Positions 7,904 through 17,500 of a stretch of 32,431 nt of DNA are shown here, one piece after another. The stretch lies in NCBI GenBank assembly GCA_031409655.1, contig JANNXQ010000188.1, positions 1 to 32,431 on the forward strand. Direction: 5' to 3'. The notes below the pieces were generated by a model that was given only the letters and a program-made list of their open reading frames with translations, was not told the DNA's origin and did not search any database. The stretch comes from Chthoniobacteraceae bacterium. GTDB lineage: Bacteria > Verrucomicrobiota > Verrucomicrobiia > Chthoniobacterales > Chthoniobacteraceae. Positions within the stretch are counted from its first letter, which is position 1. Each line of letters begins with the position of its first letter. The position numbers and the translations under genes were made by a program.

Positions 7904-8451
7904 TGTTTGGCGATATTGTTGACCGTAATGAGGGCGTGCTGGGACGAGACGTCGTCGTGGCTCACTTCGAGCATGAGACTGGTGATTTCGACGAGCGGCT
8001 CTTCGTTTTCGAGCGCGCAAATCGCCTGGCCGTAACTCGCAAAATCGACCTTCGGCAGATCGATCGTCCACGCGATCCTGCGGAAACCGGGCAAATCCTT
8101 CTCGACCGTTTCGGTATTCATTTTCGCAGCGACGCGATCGATCCCATAGCGCTTGAAGAATTCGCTCACGCGCGGCGGAAACCACGCTACTGGAGCACCA
8201 TCGGGAATCATCGGCTCGATCTGCGGCAAGACCTTCGTCTTCTCGGGCGCGGTCCGCTCGAGCTCCTGCAGCTTCTTGACCTGGTCCTTCGCCTTCGTGA
8301 TCTCCGGCGAGAGCGCGGCGATGTTCTTGCGGATGGCGTCCTGCTTTTTCAGCTCAGGAAAGAGCAGCATGTCGAAGTAGCTATAGACCACTCCGATCAG
8401 GAGGAGAATGCCGAGTGCCAGTTTTTGGATTTCATCTTTGCCGAGTTTCAT
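7900..8451 (-). CDS. PilO/GspM-like assembly protein
   Basis: N-terminal TM helix, coiled coil, ferredoxin-like end (ICALENEEPLVEITSL). Third gene after pilM and pilN-like. Confidence 0.65.
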   Translation of the reverse strand: MKLGKDEIQKLALGILLLIGVVYSYFDMLLFPELKKQDAIRKNIAALSPEITKAKDQVKKLQELERTAPEKTKVLPQIEPMIPDGAPVAWFPPRVSEFFKRYGIDRVAAKMNTETVEKDLPGFRRIAWTIDLPKVDFASYGQAICALENEEPLVEITSLMLEVSHDDVSSQHALITVNNIAKQ

Positions 8452-8462
8452 ACGTTCAAAAT

Positions 8463-9110
8463 TTAGCGTTTCTTGCGGCCGGTGGCGGCAGGTTCAGCAG
8501 CCTCCACTCCCCAGTTGAAGGCCACAATGATGGCGAAGCTGGCGGTCGGCAGTTGCTTGCCCTCAAAGGCCACGGAGTCCGAGCCGTCGTCGAGCGAACG
8601 GAAAGTGGCGACCACATTGCGATACTTTTCACCGAGCCGTTCGGTCACCAGGATGCGCAGTTCCTCGGCGATCTTACGGGGGTCTGGCCCGGCGGAAATG
8701 CCGTCGATCGTGAGCGAGCACTTGCGACCAGCTTCCATGTTGGACTCGCCGCTGAACTTCACGAGTTGCACCTCGCGCGGGACGACTTCCACGACTTGCG
8801 CGAGCAAGGGCGCCCAGTGAAAGCGATCCTCGATCCGGCGTTCGACGATGTCGTTCACCTTGATCTTCGCGTTGATTTCATCTTCGCGGGCCTTGGCCAC
8901 TTTGGCTTCCGGTTCCAGTTTGGCGTGCTCCGCTTTGACCCGATTGAGCTCCGAGTTCAGGCCATGCGATCGGCCTAGTTGCACAAAGTAGTAACCGGCG
9001 AAACAGACGGCGACAGCCCCGAGGCCGAAGAGCGAAAGCTTGAGCGGGTCGCGCCGCTTGAGCGCGGCCCTTTTCTGGACTTCGTGATAGAGATTGAGGC
9101 GAAGAGGCAT
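8463..9110 (-). CDS. PilN-like assembly protein
   Basis: LRLNLY N-terminal motif (cf. INLLP), TM helix, coiled coil, RFHWAPLLAQVVEVVPREVQL, LTIDG. Confidence 0.75.
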   Translation of the reverse strand: MPLRLNLYHEVQKRAALKRRDPLKLSLFGLGAVAVCFAGYYFVQLGRSHGLNSELNRVKAEHAKLEPEAKVAKAREDEINAKIKVNDIVERRIEDRFHWAPLLAQVVEVVPREVQLVKFSGESNMEAGRKCSLTIDGISAGPDPRKIAEELRILVTERLGEKYRNVVATFRSLDDGSDSVAFEGKQLPTASFAIIVAFNWGVEAAEPAATGRKKR

Positions 9111-9113
9111 GGA

Positions 9114-10151
9114 TCAGTTCCCTTTCAAAAGTTGAGCCGCGGCACCGCAGGCGACGTTCAGGTCCATGGCTTCGCTCACGAGATTCGCCCGGCGGCTGGC
9201 GGGCACGCTGTTCTCGCATTTGTCCACTGCGGTCCACGATTCGCACGGCAGCCCCAGCTCCTCCGCCATGACTTTGAGCAGGGTCCGGGATTTCGCCGGA
9301 CCGCCGGAGACGTGGACACGATCGATGCGCTGATCGCGCTGATGCTCCAGAAAGCCGATGGAACTCTGGATCTCGCGGACCAGCGCATTCAGCGCCACCC
9401 GCGTGTATTCGACCATCACTTCATCTTCATGATCCAGCGCACTGAAGACGGCCTCCCGCGGCTCGTCCGTCAGGCCAATGAGCGCCTCCGTGAGCGCACT
9501 GCCGCCGAAGTCGATCGTGCGCACCAGCACCAACTCGCGTTTCACGCCGACCATCATCGTCGAGTTTGTGTGTCCGATATCGACGAGGAAAAAGGCGCCG
9601 TTGTTGAAGATCTCTGGATGGGCAAACTCGAAAGCATTGAAACTGCAGATCGGGGCGAGCTGCATGACACTCATGGCCGCGTTGTTCTTCTCAAAGGCAC
9701 TGCCGATTTCCGTGACCTGCGTGCGGGGCAATCCGCCGACGAGGTAACGCTTCTGGGCAGACTTGCCCTGCTCGCCAGCGGAGTTGTCGATCGGGATCTG
9801 ATCGCAATCGAGGACGAACTCCTTGCAGTCCTGATTGAGCAACGCGATGCCGTTGAGACGGAGCGCCTCGCGGAGTAACTCCGGCGGAGTCTCTGGCTGC
9901 TCGATGATGCGGATGAGCGCTTCGGGACTCGAGACTGCGACCGCGCAGGACTTCGCCGTACCGCCCATTTCCTTGAGCAGGTTTTTCAGATGCCCGGAGA
10001 GCACGTCGGCCGTTGCCGCCGGTTCTTCGAGCACTTGCGAAGCGAAGTGCGTGATCGCAAAACGGTCGCTGCCCTTCCGCTGGAGACGGACGGATTTGAG
10101 CGAGTAGCGCCCCAAATCCACGCCGATGACTGAGGTGGGAGTTTTTGCCAT
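9114..10151 (-). CDS. pilM: Type IV pilus assembly protein PilM (actin-like)
   Basis: VIGVDLGRYSLKSV, LVDIGHTNS, RTIDFGG, LVREIQSSIGF, VHVSGGPA, VACGAA. Confidence 0.85.
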   Translation of the reverse strand: MAKTPTSVIGVDLGRYSLKSVRLQRKGSDRFAITHFASQVLEEPAATADVLSGHLKNLLKEMGGTAKSCAVAVSSPEALIRIIEQPETPPELLREALRLNGIALLNQDCKEFVLDCDQIPIDNSAGEQGKSAQKRYLVGGLPRTQVTEIGSAFEKNNAAMSVMQLAPICSFNAFEFAHPEIFNNGAFFLVDIGHTNSTMMVGVKRELVLVRTIDFGGSALTEALIGLTDEPREAVFSALDHEDEVMVEYTRVALNALVREIQSSIGFLEHQRDQRIDRVHVSGGPAKSRTLLKVMAEELGLPCESWTAVDKCENSVPASRRANLVSEAMDLNVACGAAAQLLKGN

Positions 10152-10209
10152 TACAGGTTGAAAGATTAGCAGTCGATGTGCCGGAGTTTCTGGTTTCTCG
10201 GGAAATCTC

Positions 10210-10479
10210 TCAGCGCGCACCAGAGACGATTGGTGGCTGCTGGTCCGGCGGCATATCCGCCCCTCGTGAGCCGCGCAATTCCCCGAGCATGTGGTCAAGA
10301 ATGAAAAGGGCCGCAGCCGCCGCGATGACGATGAAAACGACCCCGATCGCGAGCCCGAGACCGCGGGACCCACGCGCCTTTTCTCGTTTCTGGCGGTGCG
10401 CCGTGAGCTGGATTTCGAGCAAGCGCGCAAGTTGTTCCGGTGTTTGCTGGACGGGCTGGGTTTCGATCGTGCTATTCAT
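10210..10479 (-). CDS. Small single-pass membrane protein
   Basis: 89 aa. Amphipathic helix PEQLARLLEIQL, a basic patch, then TM LGLAIGVVFIVIAAAAALFIL. Same strand as, and just upstream of, pilM. Confidence 0.7.
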   Translation of the reverse strand: MNSTIETQPVQQTPEQLARLLEIQLTAHRQKREKARGSRGLGLAIGVVFIVIAAAAALFILDHMLGELRGSRGADMPPDQQPPIVSGAR

Positions 10480-10488
10480 TCGCGTCGG

Positions 10489-11175
10489 ATGATTGGATCT
10501 GCATCGCCTCAGAAAGCTTATTTCGGACCCTTTGTGGTCTTCCTCGGGCTCATTGGGCTGGGCGAACTCGTAAAAAAGCCGTTTGAAGGGATGGCCGTCG
10601 CGTGGCCCCTCAGCACGCCCATGTATTGGGTCTTCCCGTTACAAACGCTCGTTTGCGGCTGGCTGCTCTGGCGCTGGTGGCACCACTACGAGTTGAAGAT
10701 GCCGACCCGTCCGATCTTCACGATCTGCATCGGGCTGCTCGTCCTCGGCATCTGGATCGCACCGCAGGAACTCTTCCACGCCGAGCAGCGACTGGACGGC
10801 TTCGAGCCCGCACACTTCGGCGGCGGCGCACCGTATTGGGTGAATCTCATCTTTCGCTTTCTGCGGCTGGTGATCGTCGTGCCGCTCGTGGAGGAGATTT
10901 TCTGGCGCGGCTTCCTCCTCCGCTACGTCATCGACCAGGATTTCACGAAGGTGCCGTTTGGAAAATTCACCTGGGTGTCGTTCCTCGCAGTGACGCTCGG
11001 TTTCACCTTTGAACACGCGCAATCCGACTGGCCTGCGGCCGCTCTGGCGGGCGCGCTCTACAATCTCATTGCCTACCGGACGCGCAGTCTCAGCGCCTGC
11101 GTGCTGGCGCATGCGATTACAAATTTCGCCCTCGGGCTCTACGTCCTGCGCACCGGCCAGTGGGGATTTTGGTGA
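10489..11175 (+). CDS. CPBP/CAAX prenyl protease-related intramembrane protease
   Basis: VVPLVEEIFWRGFL (EExxxR), FTFEH, AHAITN and multiple TM segments. Confidence 0.9.
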   Translation: MIGSASPQKAYFGPFVVFLGLIGLGELVKKPFEGMAVAWPLSTPMYWVFPLQTLVCGWLLWRWWHHYELKMPTRPIFTICIGLLVLGIWIAPQELFHAEQRLDGFEPAHFGGGAPYWVNLIFRFLRLVIVVPLVEEIFWRGFLLRYVIDQDFTKVPFGKFTWVSFLAVTLGFTFEHAQSDWPAAALAGALYNLIAYRTRSLSACVLAHAITNFALGLYVLRTGQWGFW

Positions 11176-11208
11176 GCCCGCGGCAGAAGTCCTGCTTTTG
11201 CTGCTTCC

Positions 11209-11382
11209 ATGTTTGGCAGCACTTTCACTCACAAGATCCTGATGACCCTCGCGTCTGGCTTTGCCGCCGCGTGCCTGCTCTTCGCCTTCCGGCACATCGT
11301 GCAGCAGGCCTTTTACGAGTCGAATGAAGGCTGGAAGGAAAGCATGCACCGGAGCGTCACACCGCCGCCGAATATCCGGTAA
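11209..11382 (+). CDS. Small membrane protein (57 aa; not in ORF track)
   Basis: MFGSTFTHKILMTLASGFAAACLLFAFRHIVQQAFYESNEGWKESMHRSVTPPPNIR*. One hydrophobic helix, and it fills an otherwise empty gap. Confidence 0.55.
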   Translation: MFGSTFTHKILMTLASGFAAACLLFAFRHIVQQAFYESNEGWKESMHRSVTPPPNIR

Positions 11383-11479
11383 GGATCGGGCCGGGAGGGA
11401 CCGCGGACAGCGCGGATGACCAGGGATTTTCCGAAACGATAACTGTTCTCCGCGCAGTCGTCAGCGGAGGCCGTGCGAA

Positions 11480-12229
11480 TCAACCCGCGCAATCCACCTG
11501 CTCGCCGGCCTGCGCCTGGTCGATCGAATGCGCGGCGCACATCAGCAGCGTCTGCCAGTTTCCCCGGATCGTTGGCATGACCACGCAAGGATGAGAGGCC
11601 TCGGTGACGCGACCTTTCTTCCAACCGACGATTTCGTTCAATGCCTCGACGCCGATGATTTCTCCGGTCTCAGCGTGGACGATCTCGCCGCCGATCACGC
11701 GCACGTGGCCCACCCCACTCGGCGAGACAAATTCCAGGACCGAAGTGGACGCGCGCAGGCACGTCATCTGGATGATGTCGATCGGGGAAAGATTCCGCAG
11801 CAGCGCATCGAAGGCCTCGTCCTGCTCCTGCCCGGCCGCGCCGCCGAGATTGACGGACGCCGAGAGCGCCCGCTGCAAGACCCGCGCGAGACTTTCCCGC
11901 TCGATCGGCCGCTCGACCACGGCAAACAAGCCGGCGTCGCGCAGGGCGCGATCATCGATCCTGCCCGGGTTGGCCATCGCGATGCTGGTCACATCGGGGT
12001 GGATCAGCTTCACGTCGGAGAGAAATTTGAGCACGTCGCCTTCCGTCTCGGAGGTGTCCGCAAGGACGATGGCGACCGGTGTGCTGATGGCCAGGGTCTG
12101 CGCCGCCGCGACCGTGCGCGCATGAACGACGCGGCAGTCCGGCATCGCTTCCATCAAATCGGCCACGATGCGGACAGCATTGATGTCATGGCTCTCGAGC
12201 AGGAGAATAACGGGGCTGGTGCGGTGCAT
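11480..12229 (-). CDS. Atypical receiver domain + DUF4388 (PATAN-like) protein
   Basis: CheY-like pattern ILLLES...IVLADT...IAMA...VVERPI, then LRNLSPIDIIQM...GEIVHAETGEIIGVEALNEIVGWKKG. Confidence 0.75.
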   Translation of the reverse strand: MHRTSPVILLLESHDINAVRIVADLMEAMPDCRVVHARTVAAAQTLAISTPVAIVLADTSETEGDVLKFLSDVKLIHPDVTSIAMANPGRIDDRALRDAGLFAVVERPIERESLARVLQRALSASVNLGGAAGQEQDEAFDALLRNLSPIDIIQMTCLRASTSVLEFVSPSGVGHVRVIGGEIVHAETGEIIGVEALNEIVGWKKGRVTEASHPCVVMPTIRGNWQTLLMCAAHSIDQAQAGEQVDCAG

Positions 12230-12329
12230 ACGAATCGGAAGGTGGGCCGGGGCAACTCGTCGCGGCTGCATCCTTGATTCAGCAAAGGCCATGCCCCTGC
12301 CCCCCGCTCCCAAACTGGCCTCTCTCCGC

Positions 12330-12977
12330 CTACTCGAACTGTTTGCGAAAAGCGGCGAACTCCTCCCGCAGAGCCGCGAGGTCGCCGCGGACGGCCGCGA
12401 GTTCTGCCGCGAGTTCGTCGGAGCGCGACGGCGTTGGTGGCGCCGGCGGCGCGGGCTCGTCTCCGAAGCTTTCCGGCTGCTCGGCGGACAGCAGTTGACG
12501 GTAGCGCCTTTCCTTCTGCCCAGGCCGCGCGGCGAGCACCCGCACGAGCGGAGAATCACCCTTTGAGAGTTCGTCCAGCCGGGCTTGCACATCTTCCAAA
12601 GTGCGGAAGGCAAACATCCGCTCCGCACGCGTCCGCAATTCCCCCGGCGTCTGCGGCCCCCGCAGGAGGAGCACACAGAGCAGCGCCACCTCGCGCGGAT
12701 CGATCGTAAAATGCTCGAGCAGCTTGTGCTTATACTTTTGCACCCGCGATCCGGCCCCGAAGATCACCGTCGCGAGCTTCTTTTCCCGCAGGCTATTCAC
12801 GCCGTCCTCGACCGTCTTTTCGTCGTAGCCAACCACTGGCTCCCGGTTTGTCGCTTGATTGCAGGCCGCCGTGAGGGCGTGCAGCGAGAGCGGGTAGTTC
12901 TCTGGCGTGTGGCGTTCCTTTTCGACGAGGCAGCCAAGGACGCGGGTTTCGACCGGGGTGAGTTGAAAGGCAGGCAT
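12330..12977 (-). CDS. YceH family (DUF480) protein
   Basis: RVLGCLVEKERHTPENYPLSLHALTAACNQATNREPV, LLLRGPQTPGELRTR, PGQKERRY. Confidence 0.92.
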   Translation of the reverse strand: MPAFQLTPVETRVLGCLVEKERHTPENYPLSLHALTAACNQATNREPVVGYDEKTVEDGVNSLREKKLATVIFGAGSRVQKYKHKLLEHFTIDPREVALLCVLLLRGPQTPGELRTRAERMFAFRTLEDVQARLDELSKGDSPLVRVLAARPGQKERRYRQLLSAEQPESFGDEPAPPAPPTPSRSDELAAELAAVRGDLAALREEFAAFRKQFE

Positions 12978-13038
12978 GTGGGTGGAGACTTACGGCAGGT
13001 GGGACGCTGGGCAAGCGGCTTGCTCTGATACTGCCGCC

Positions 13039-13665
13039 ATGCCGACGAACTACAACACCCGGAGGGTCACCCCAGGCTCAGGAACCTTCCTGAATCCGAG
13101 CCTGAGCGTGGCCCTGCGTCACGACTACGAAGCCCTCTACAATGACGTGCATCAGGCCAATGCGCTGGCCTCGGATTTTCAAAAGCACGAGGCAGGAAAG
13201 ACGAACGAGATCGCGGTTTTGCAGAAGGTCTTCGAGAACGCCCAGGCCGATCTCGCCCGGCTCTGCACGAGTATCGCCGAGCTGCGCCAGGAGCGGCATC
13301 AGCTCGCCAATGAAGCGATGCTCGCGATGGCCCTCGAACGGAAAGTCGGCGACCTCACCAGCGAACGTGACCGCCTCCGGGCCGAAGCGGACGCGATGCG
13401 CCGGGCGCTCGCCAGCAGTCAGGAGGAAATGGCCAGACAAAAGCTCGCGAGCGACACCCAGATCACGCGGATGGCGAAGGATATGGACGCTCTCCGTCAC
13501 GGACCGCCAACGGCCACCGCGACGGCAGATCCCGACATCCACGCCGCCTTGACGCAAATCTCCGCCACCCTCACGCGGCTCACCGCGATCGTCGAAAAGC
13601 AGCCCGCCCCGCCCCGCCCCAGCGCACCCGCGGAGGGCACCATCGATATCCAGTTCGACGCCTGA
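13039..13665 (+). CDS. Hypothetical coiled-coil protein
   Basis: Long heptad-rich A/E/L/R segment, Pro/Ala linkers and a short C-terminal IDIQF tail. Confidence 0.7.
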   Translation: MPTNYNTRRVTPGSGTFLNPSLSVALRHDYEALYNDVHQANALASDFQKHEAGKTNEIAVLQKVFENAQADLARLCTSIAELRQERHQLANEAMLAMALERKVGDLTSERDRLRAEADAMRRALASSQEEMARQKLASDTQITRMAKDMDALRHGPPTATATADPDIHAALTQISATLTRLTAIVEKQPAPPRPSAPAEGTIDIQFDA

Positions 13666-13688
13666 CCCGCCCGGACCGGCGCGTCGTC

Positions 13689-14261
13689 TTACGGCAGTTG
13701 CTTGATCTGGATGTACCGGTACTCCATCTGCCCGCGATCCCCTTCCAGCCCGATCGGGCCAGTCTCCGGGAGCTTCAGCGCCTCCTCGAGCACCTCGCCA
13801 TTGCAGGTGCAGCGAGCCACGCCGTCTTTCACCGTCACCTCGATCACATTCCAATCCTGCGGCTTGTAGCTCTTCAGCGTTTTGTAGGGGCCGGCCACGA
13901 GGTAGTCCCGGCACTGGAGCTGAGGTTTGCGGAGGAAAATGCCGCTATCCGCGTTCACTCCGGCGCGGAATTCCAGCTTCAGGATGAAGTCCTTCGGAAA
14001 CTCGGCGGTGGTCCACATTTGCCGCAGGCGTGGGCCTTCGGGCTTCGGCGGATTCACCACGAGCGCTCCCGCCCGAGCCGTGTAGCGCCCGTCGCTGGCC
14101 TCCGTTTTCCCGTCAAATTTCTCATCCGGTAGATAGCGCCAGCCGGTGAGGTCCTTGCCATTAAAGAGGCTCGTGAAGCCAGGATCCGGCGTGAAATCAG
14201 CGGCCTGAACGGCAGCCGCGGTGAAGAGAAGGGACGCCACGAGGAAGCGGACGGAGAACAT
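13689..14261 (-). CDS. DUF1080 (3-keto-disaccharide hydrolase-like) exported protein
   Basis: Signal peptide, GFTSLFNGKDLTGW, DFILKLEF, DSGIF, WN..EV, GPIGLE, YRYIQIKQL. Confidence 0.9.
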   Translation of the reverse strand: MFSVRFLVASLLFTAAAVQAADFTPDPGFTSLFNGKDLTGWRYLPDEKFDGKTEASDGRYTARAGALVVNPPKPEGPRLRQMWTTAEFPKDFILKLEFRAGVNADSGIFLRKPQLQCRDYLVAGPYKTLKSYKPQDWNVIEVTVKDGVARCTCNGEVLEEALKLPETGPIGLEGDRGQMEYRYIQIKQLP

Positions 14262-14392
14262 AGAGGATGGGGTTTTGGGTGGGAACGAGGGCATTGCAGG
14301 AGCGTGGTCCGCCGGCTCGGAACGGGCAAGCGGGAAAGCCACTGCGGCAGCTCCCCAGCCCGGGTCTCCGATGCGGCGAGGTTGTCGATAGA

Positions 14393-14421
14393 TTGACAAA
14401 TATCATTATCTCCATTAACCA
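14393..14421 (+). promoter_or_regulatory. Possible sigma70-type promoter for the FG-GAP gene
   Basis: Exact TTGACA (14393-14398) in a local AT-rich patch. The -10 at 17-bp spacing (TAACCA) is weak. Confidence 0.3.
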
Positions 14422-14509
14422 CGCCCCCATCTGAGAGTCCGTCCGATGCGCGGTTTTTCGGTGTCGGCGGCGCGTCTCCCGAATTCCATCCGCACCCCAC
14501 CCTCACGCC

Positions 14510-17500
14510 ATGCCGCCACTCCGCTCCGCCTCGAACCCCGCTCGCCCCCGCCCCCTTGCCTCCTCCGGAGCGAGCGCCATCGAAGCCCTCGAACAGCGCG
14601 TGGTTCCCGCGGCGGCCATTTTCGACCTCGGCAGCATCGACGCCACGAGCAGCGTGAAGATCATCGGACTGGCGGACAGTGACGGCACGGGAGTGGCGGT
14701 CAGTTTGGCGGGCGATGTGAACAATGACGACTTCGATGACTTCATCATCGGCGCTCGCGGGGCCGATCCGAACGGCAGCGAGAGTGGCGCCAGCTATGTC
14801 GTCTTCGGAAAGACAGGCGGCCTCGGTGCGAGCTTCGATCTCTCGACGCTCAATGGCACGAATGGCTTCAAGATCAGCGGCGAAGCAGCGACCGATTCCT
14901 CCGGCAGCGCGGTGAGTCGCGCCGGAGACATCGATGGCGACGGCTTCGATGATCTGCTCGTCGGTGCCTACAGCCACGACCCCGCGGGTGCCACAGGCGC
15001 GGGTGCAGTTTATGTGATCTACGGAAAGGCCCCCCCCTTTGCCGCCAACGTCAGTCTTTCCTCTCTGGGAATCACCAAGATCGTGGGCGAGGACGGTGCC
15101 GACCGTTTCGGCCTGTCCGTCGCGGCGGCGGGCGATGTGAACAAGGACGGGAAGGCCGACCTGATCCTCGGCGCCCCGAGCGCGGGGCCTGGCGATCAAC
15201 CGGGCAAGGCCTATGTGATCTTCGGCAAGACGGGTGGACTCGGGGCGAGCGTGAATCTCTCGACACTCACCGGCGCAGATGGCTTCCGGATCGATGGCGG
15301 CGCCGAGGGTGACTACGCCGGACGCTCGGTCAGCGGCGCAGGCGACATCAATGGCGACGGTTTCGACGACGTCATCGTCGGTGCCTACGGGGCCGATCCC
15401 AATGCGGCAGACGAGTCGGGCGCCGCCTATGTCATTTTTGGCAAAGGCACCGCCTTTGGCGCCGCGATCGCACTCTCCACGCTGGCCGCTGCGGACGGCT
15501 TTAAGATCAACGGCGAAGCCGCAGGGGACTACGCGGGCTGGTCCGTGAGCAGCGCAGGCGACATGAATGGCGACGGCTTCAGCGACCTGCTGATAGGAGC
15601 AAAGGGCGCAAACAGCTACTCGGGCGCGGCGTATGTCGTCTTTGGGAAAAACACCTCCTTTGGCGCGAGCCTCGATCTCTCGGCCTTGACCGGGACGAAT
15701 GGATTCAAGATCCCCGGTCACGAAGCCGGCGCGAATCTCGGCAGCATCGTCAGTGCAGCAGGCGATCTGAATCACGATGGCTTCGACGATATCGTCGTCG
15801 GTGCCGACCGTGCCAGGCCGAACACGGATGTCGATGCCGGCTCGGCCTACGTGGTCTTCGGCAAGTCCAGGGGCTTCGCCGCCAGCCTCGATCTGACCAC
15901 GCTCAATGGCACGAATGGATTCCGCATCAATGGCGACGCCGCCGGGGACCGCGCCGGGTTCGCCGTCAGTGCCGTGGGCGATCTCAACGGCGACGGCATC
16001 GACGATCTGCTCGTCGGCGCGCCCGATCTCGCGGGCACTCCCGGCCCTGGTAGCGCCTTCGTGATCTACGGCGAACGTCCGGCCATCACCTACGCGAAGA
16101 ATTTTCGCACTGCCACCTTCACCGACAGCGACGGCGATCTCGTCACCGTCCGCGTGAACAAAGGCACCCTCGACGACGGCAACTTTGAACTCGGGACGAC
16201 CGGCAATCTGCTCCGCCTGAACCTCGCGGATGACGGGACGGAATTCGCCGGTGCGGACGTCTCCATCACCGCGAGGAAAGTGCGCGGCGGCACGGGCGAC
16301 GGGAAGGTGCATGTCGGCGCAATCGACGCCACCGGCATCGACCTCCGCAATGTCACCGTCTCCGGCGATCTCGGGCAGATCGATGCCGGCAACGCCGATC
16401 TTCTCACGTCCGGCATCGCTTCACTGAGCGTCGGCTCGCTCGGCGCGCTCGCCGGGACTCAGCCGGTCGGCACGCTCGACGGGCTGCACAGCGAGATCGA
16501 GGGCAAACTCGGGCGACTCCGCGCCGCTGGCATCGTGAAAGGCTTCGTGGATGTGACGGGTGCGATCGGTCCCGTGACCATCGGCGGCAGTCTCGATGGG
16601 AGCGCCGTCGGGGCCACCGCCGGCCTGCTCAGAGCCACTGGCGACATCGGCGCCGTTTCCGTGAAACTCAGCATCCTCGGCGGAGCCGACGCCGCTGGCC
16701 TCGAGGCCGGGGGCAAACTCGGACGCGTGACGGTCGGCGCCGACCTCTCGAGCGCCGATGCCGCGAAGCCCGTGCATATTTTCGGCAATGCCGCGGCGGC
16801 CTTCGCCATCGCTGGCCTCTCCGTGAAGGGCAACATTTTGAACACCGTCATCCTCGGCGATCCGAACACCACTCACAATCAGAGCACGCAGATCGGCGAC
16901 GCCAACATCGGGGCCGTCTCCGTGAAGGGGAACTGGACCGGGTCGCATCTTCAGGCCACCGGCAATGTCGGGAATGTGACCGTCGGCGGCACCTTCACCG
17001 GCGACCCGAGCCACGGCATCGTCGGTGGCGGCAAATTGGGACGGGTGAGCATCGGCGGCGACCTTCTCGGCGAGAGCACGGCCTCGCAGATCATCATCTG
17101 CGCCGTCGGCAAGCTCGGAGGGCTCAAGGCCGCCGACGCCCTCGCCATCGCCGGCCTCACCGTGAAAGGCCGCGTGGAAAATGCCGGCATCCTCGCCGGC
17201 TACAGCCCGACCCTCGGCGCCGCCAGCCGCGACGCCAGCATGGGCGCGGTCTCCGTCGGCGGAACGTGGATCGCCAGCAGCCTCGTCGCCGGCGTTTCGG
17301 ATGACGGCCAGACCGGATTCGGCATCGGCGACACCCCGATCCAAAGCAACGACACCGCGCTCATCGCGAAGATTGCCTCCGTGACCATCAAGGGCACCGT
17401 GGACGGCAGCGCCATCGGTGGTCACTTTGGCATCACCGCCGAGCAGATCGGCACGGTGAAGATCAATGGCCTGAAGCAAGCGCTGACCAAGGGCGTGGAC

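Noticed and set aside
14054..16312. 752-aa minus-strand ORF, and similar long antisense ORFs (3584-5176, 22202-23779, 28893-30515, 16421-17479)
   Set aside because: They mirror well-supported genes on the other strand and have no motifs. Such shadow ORFs are expected in high-GC coding DNA.
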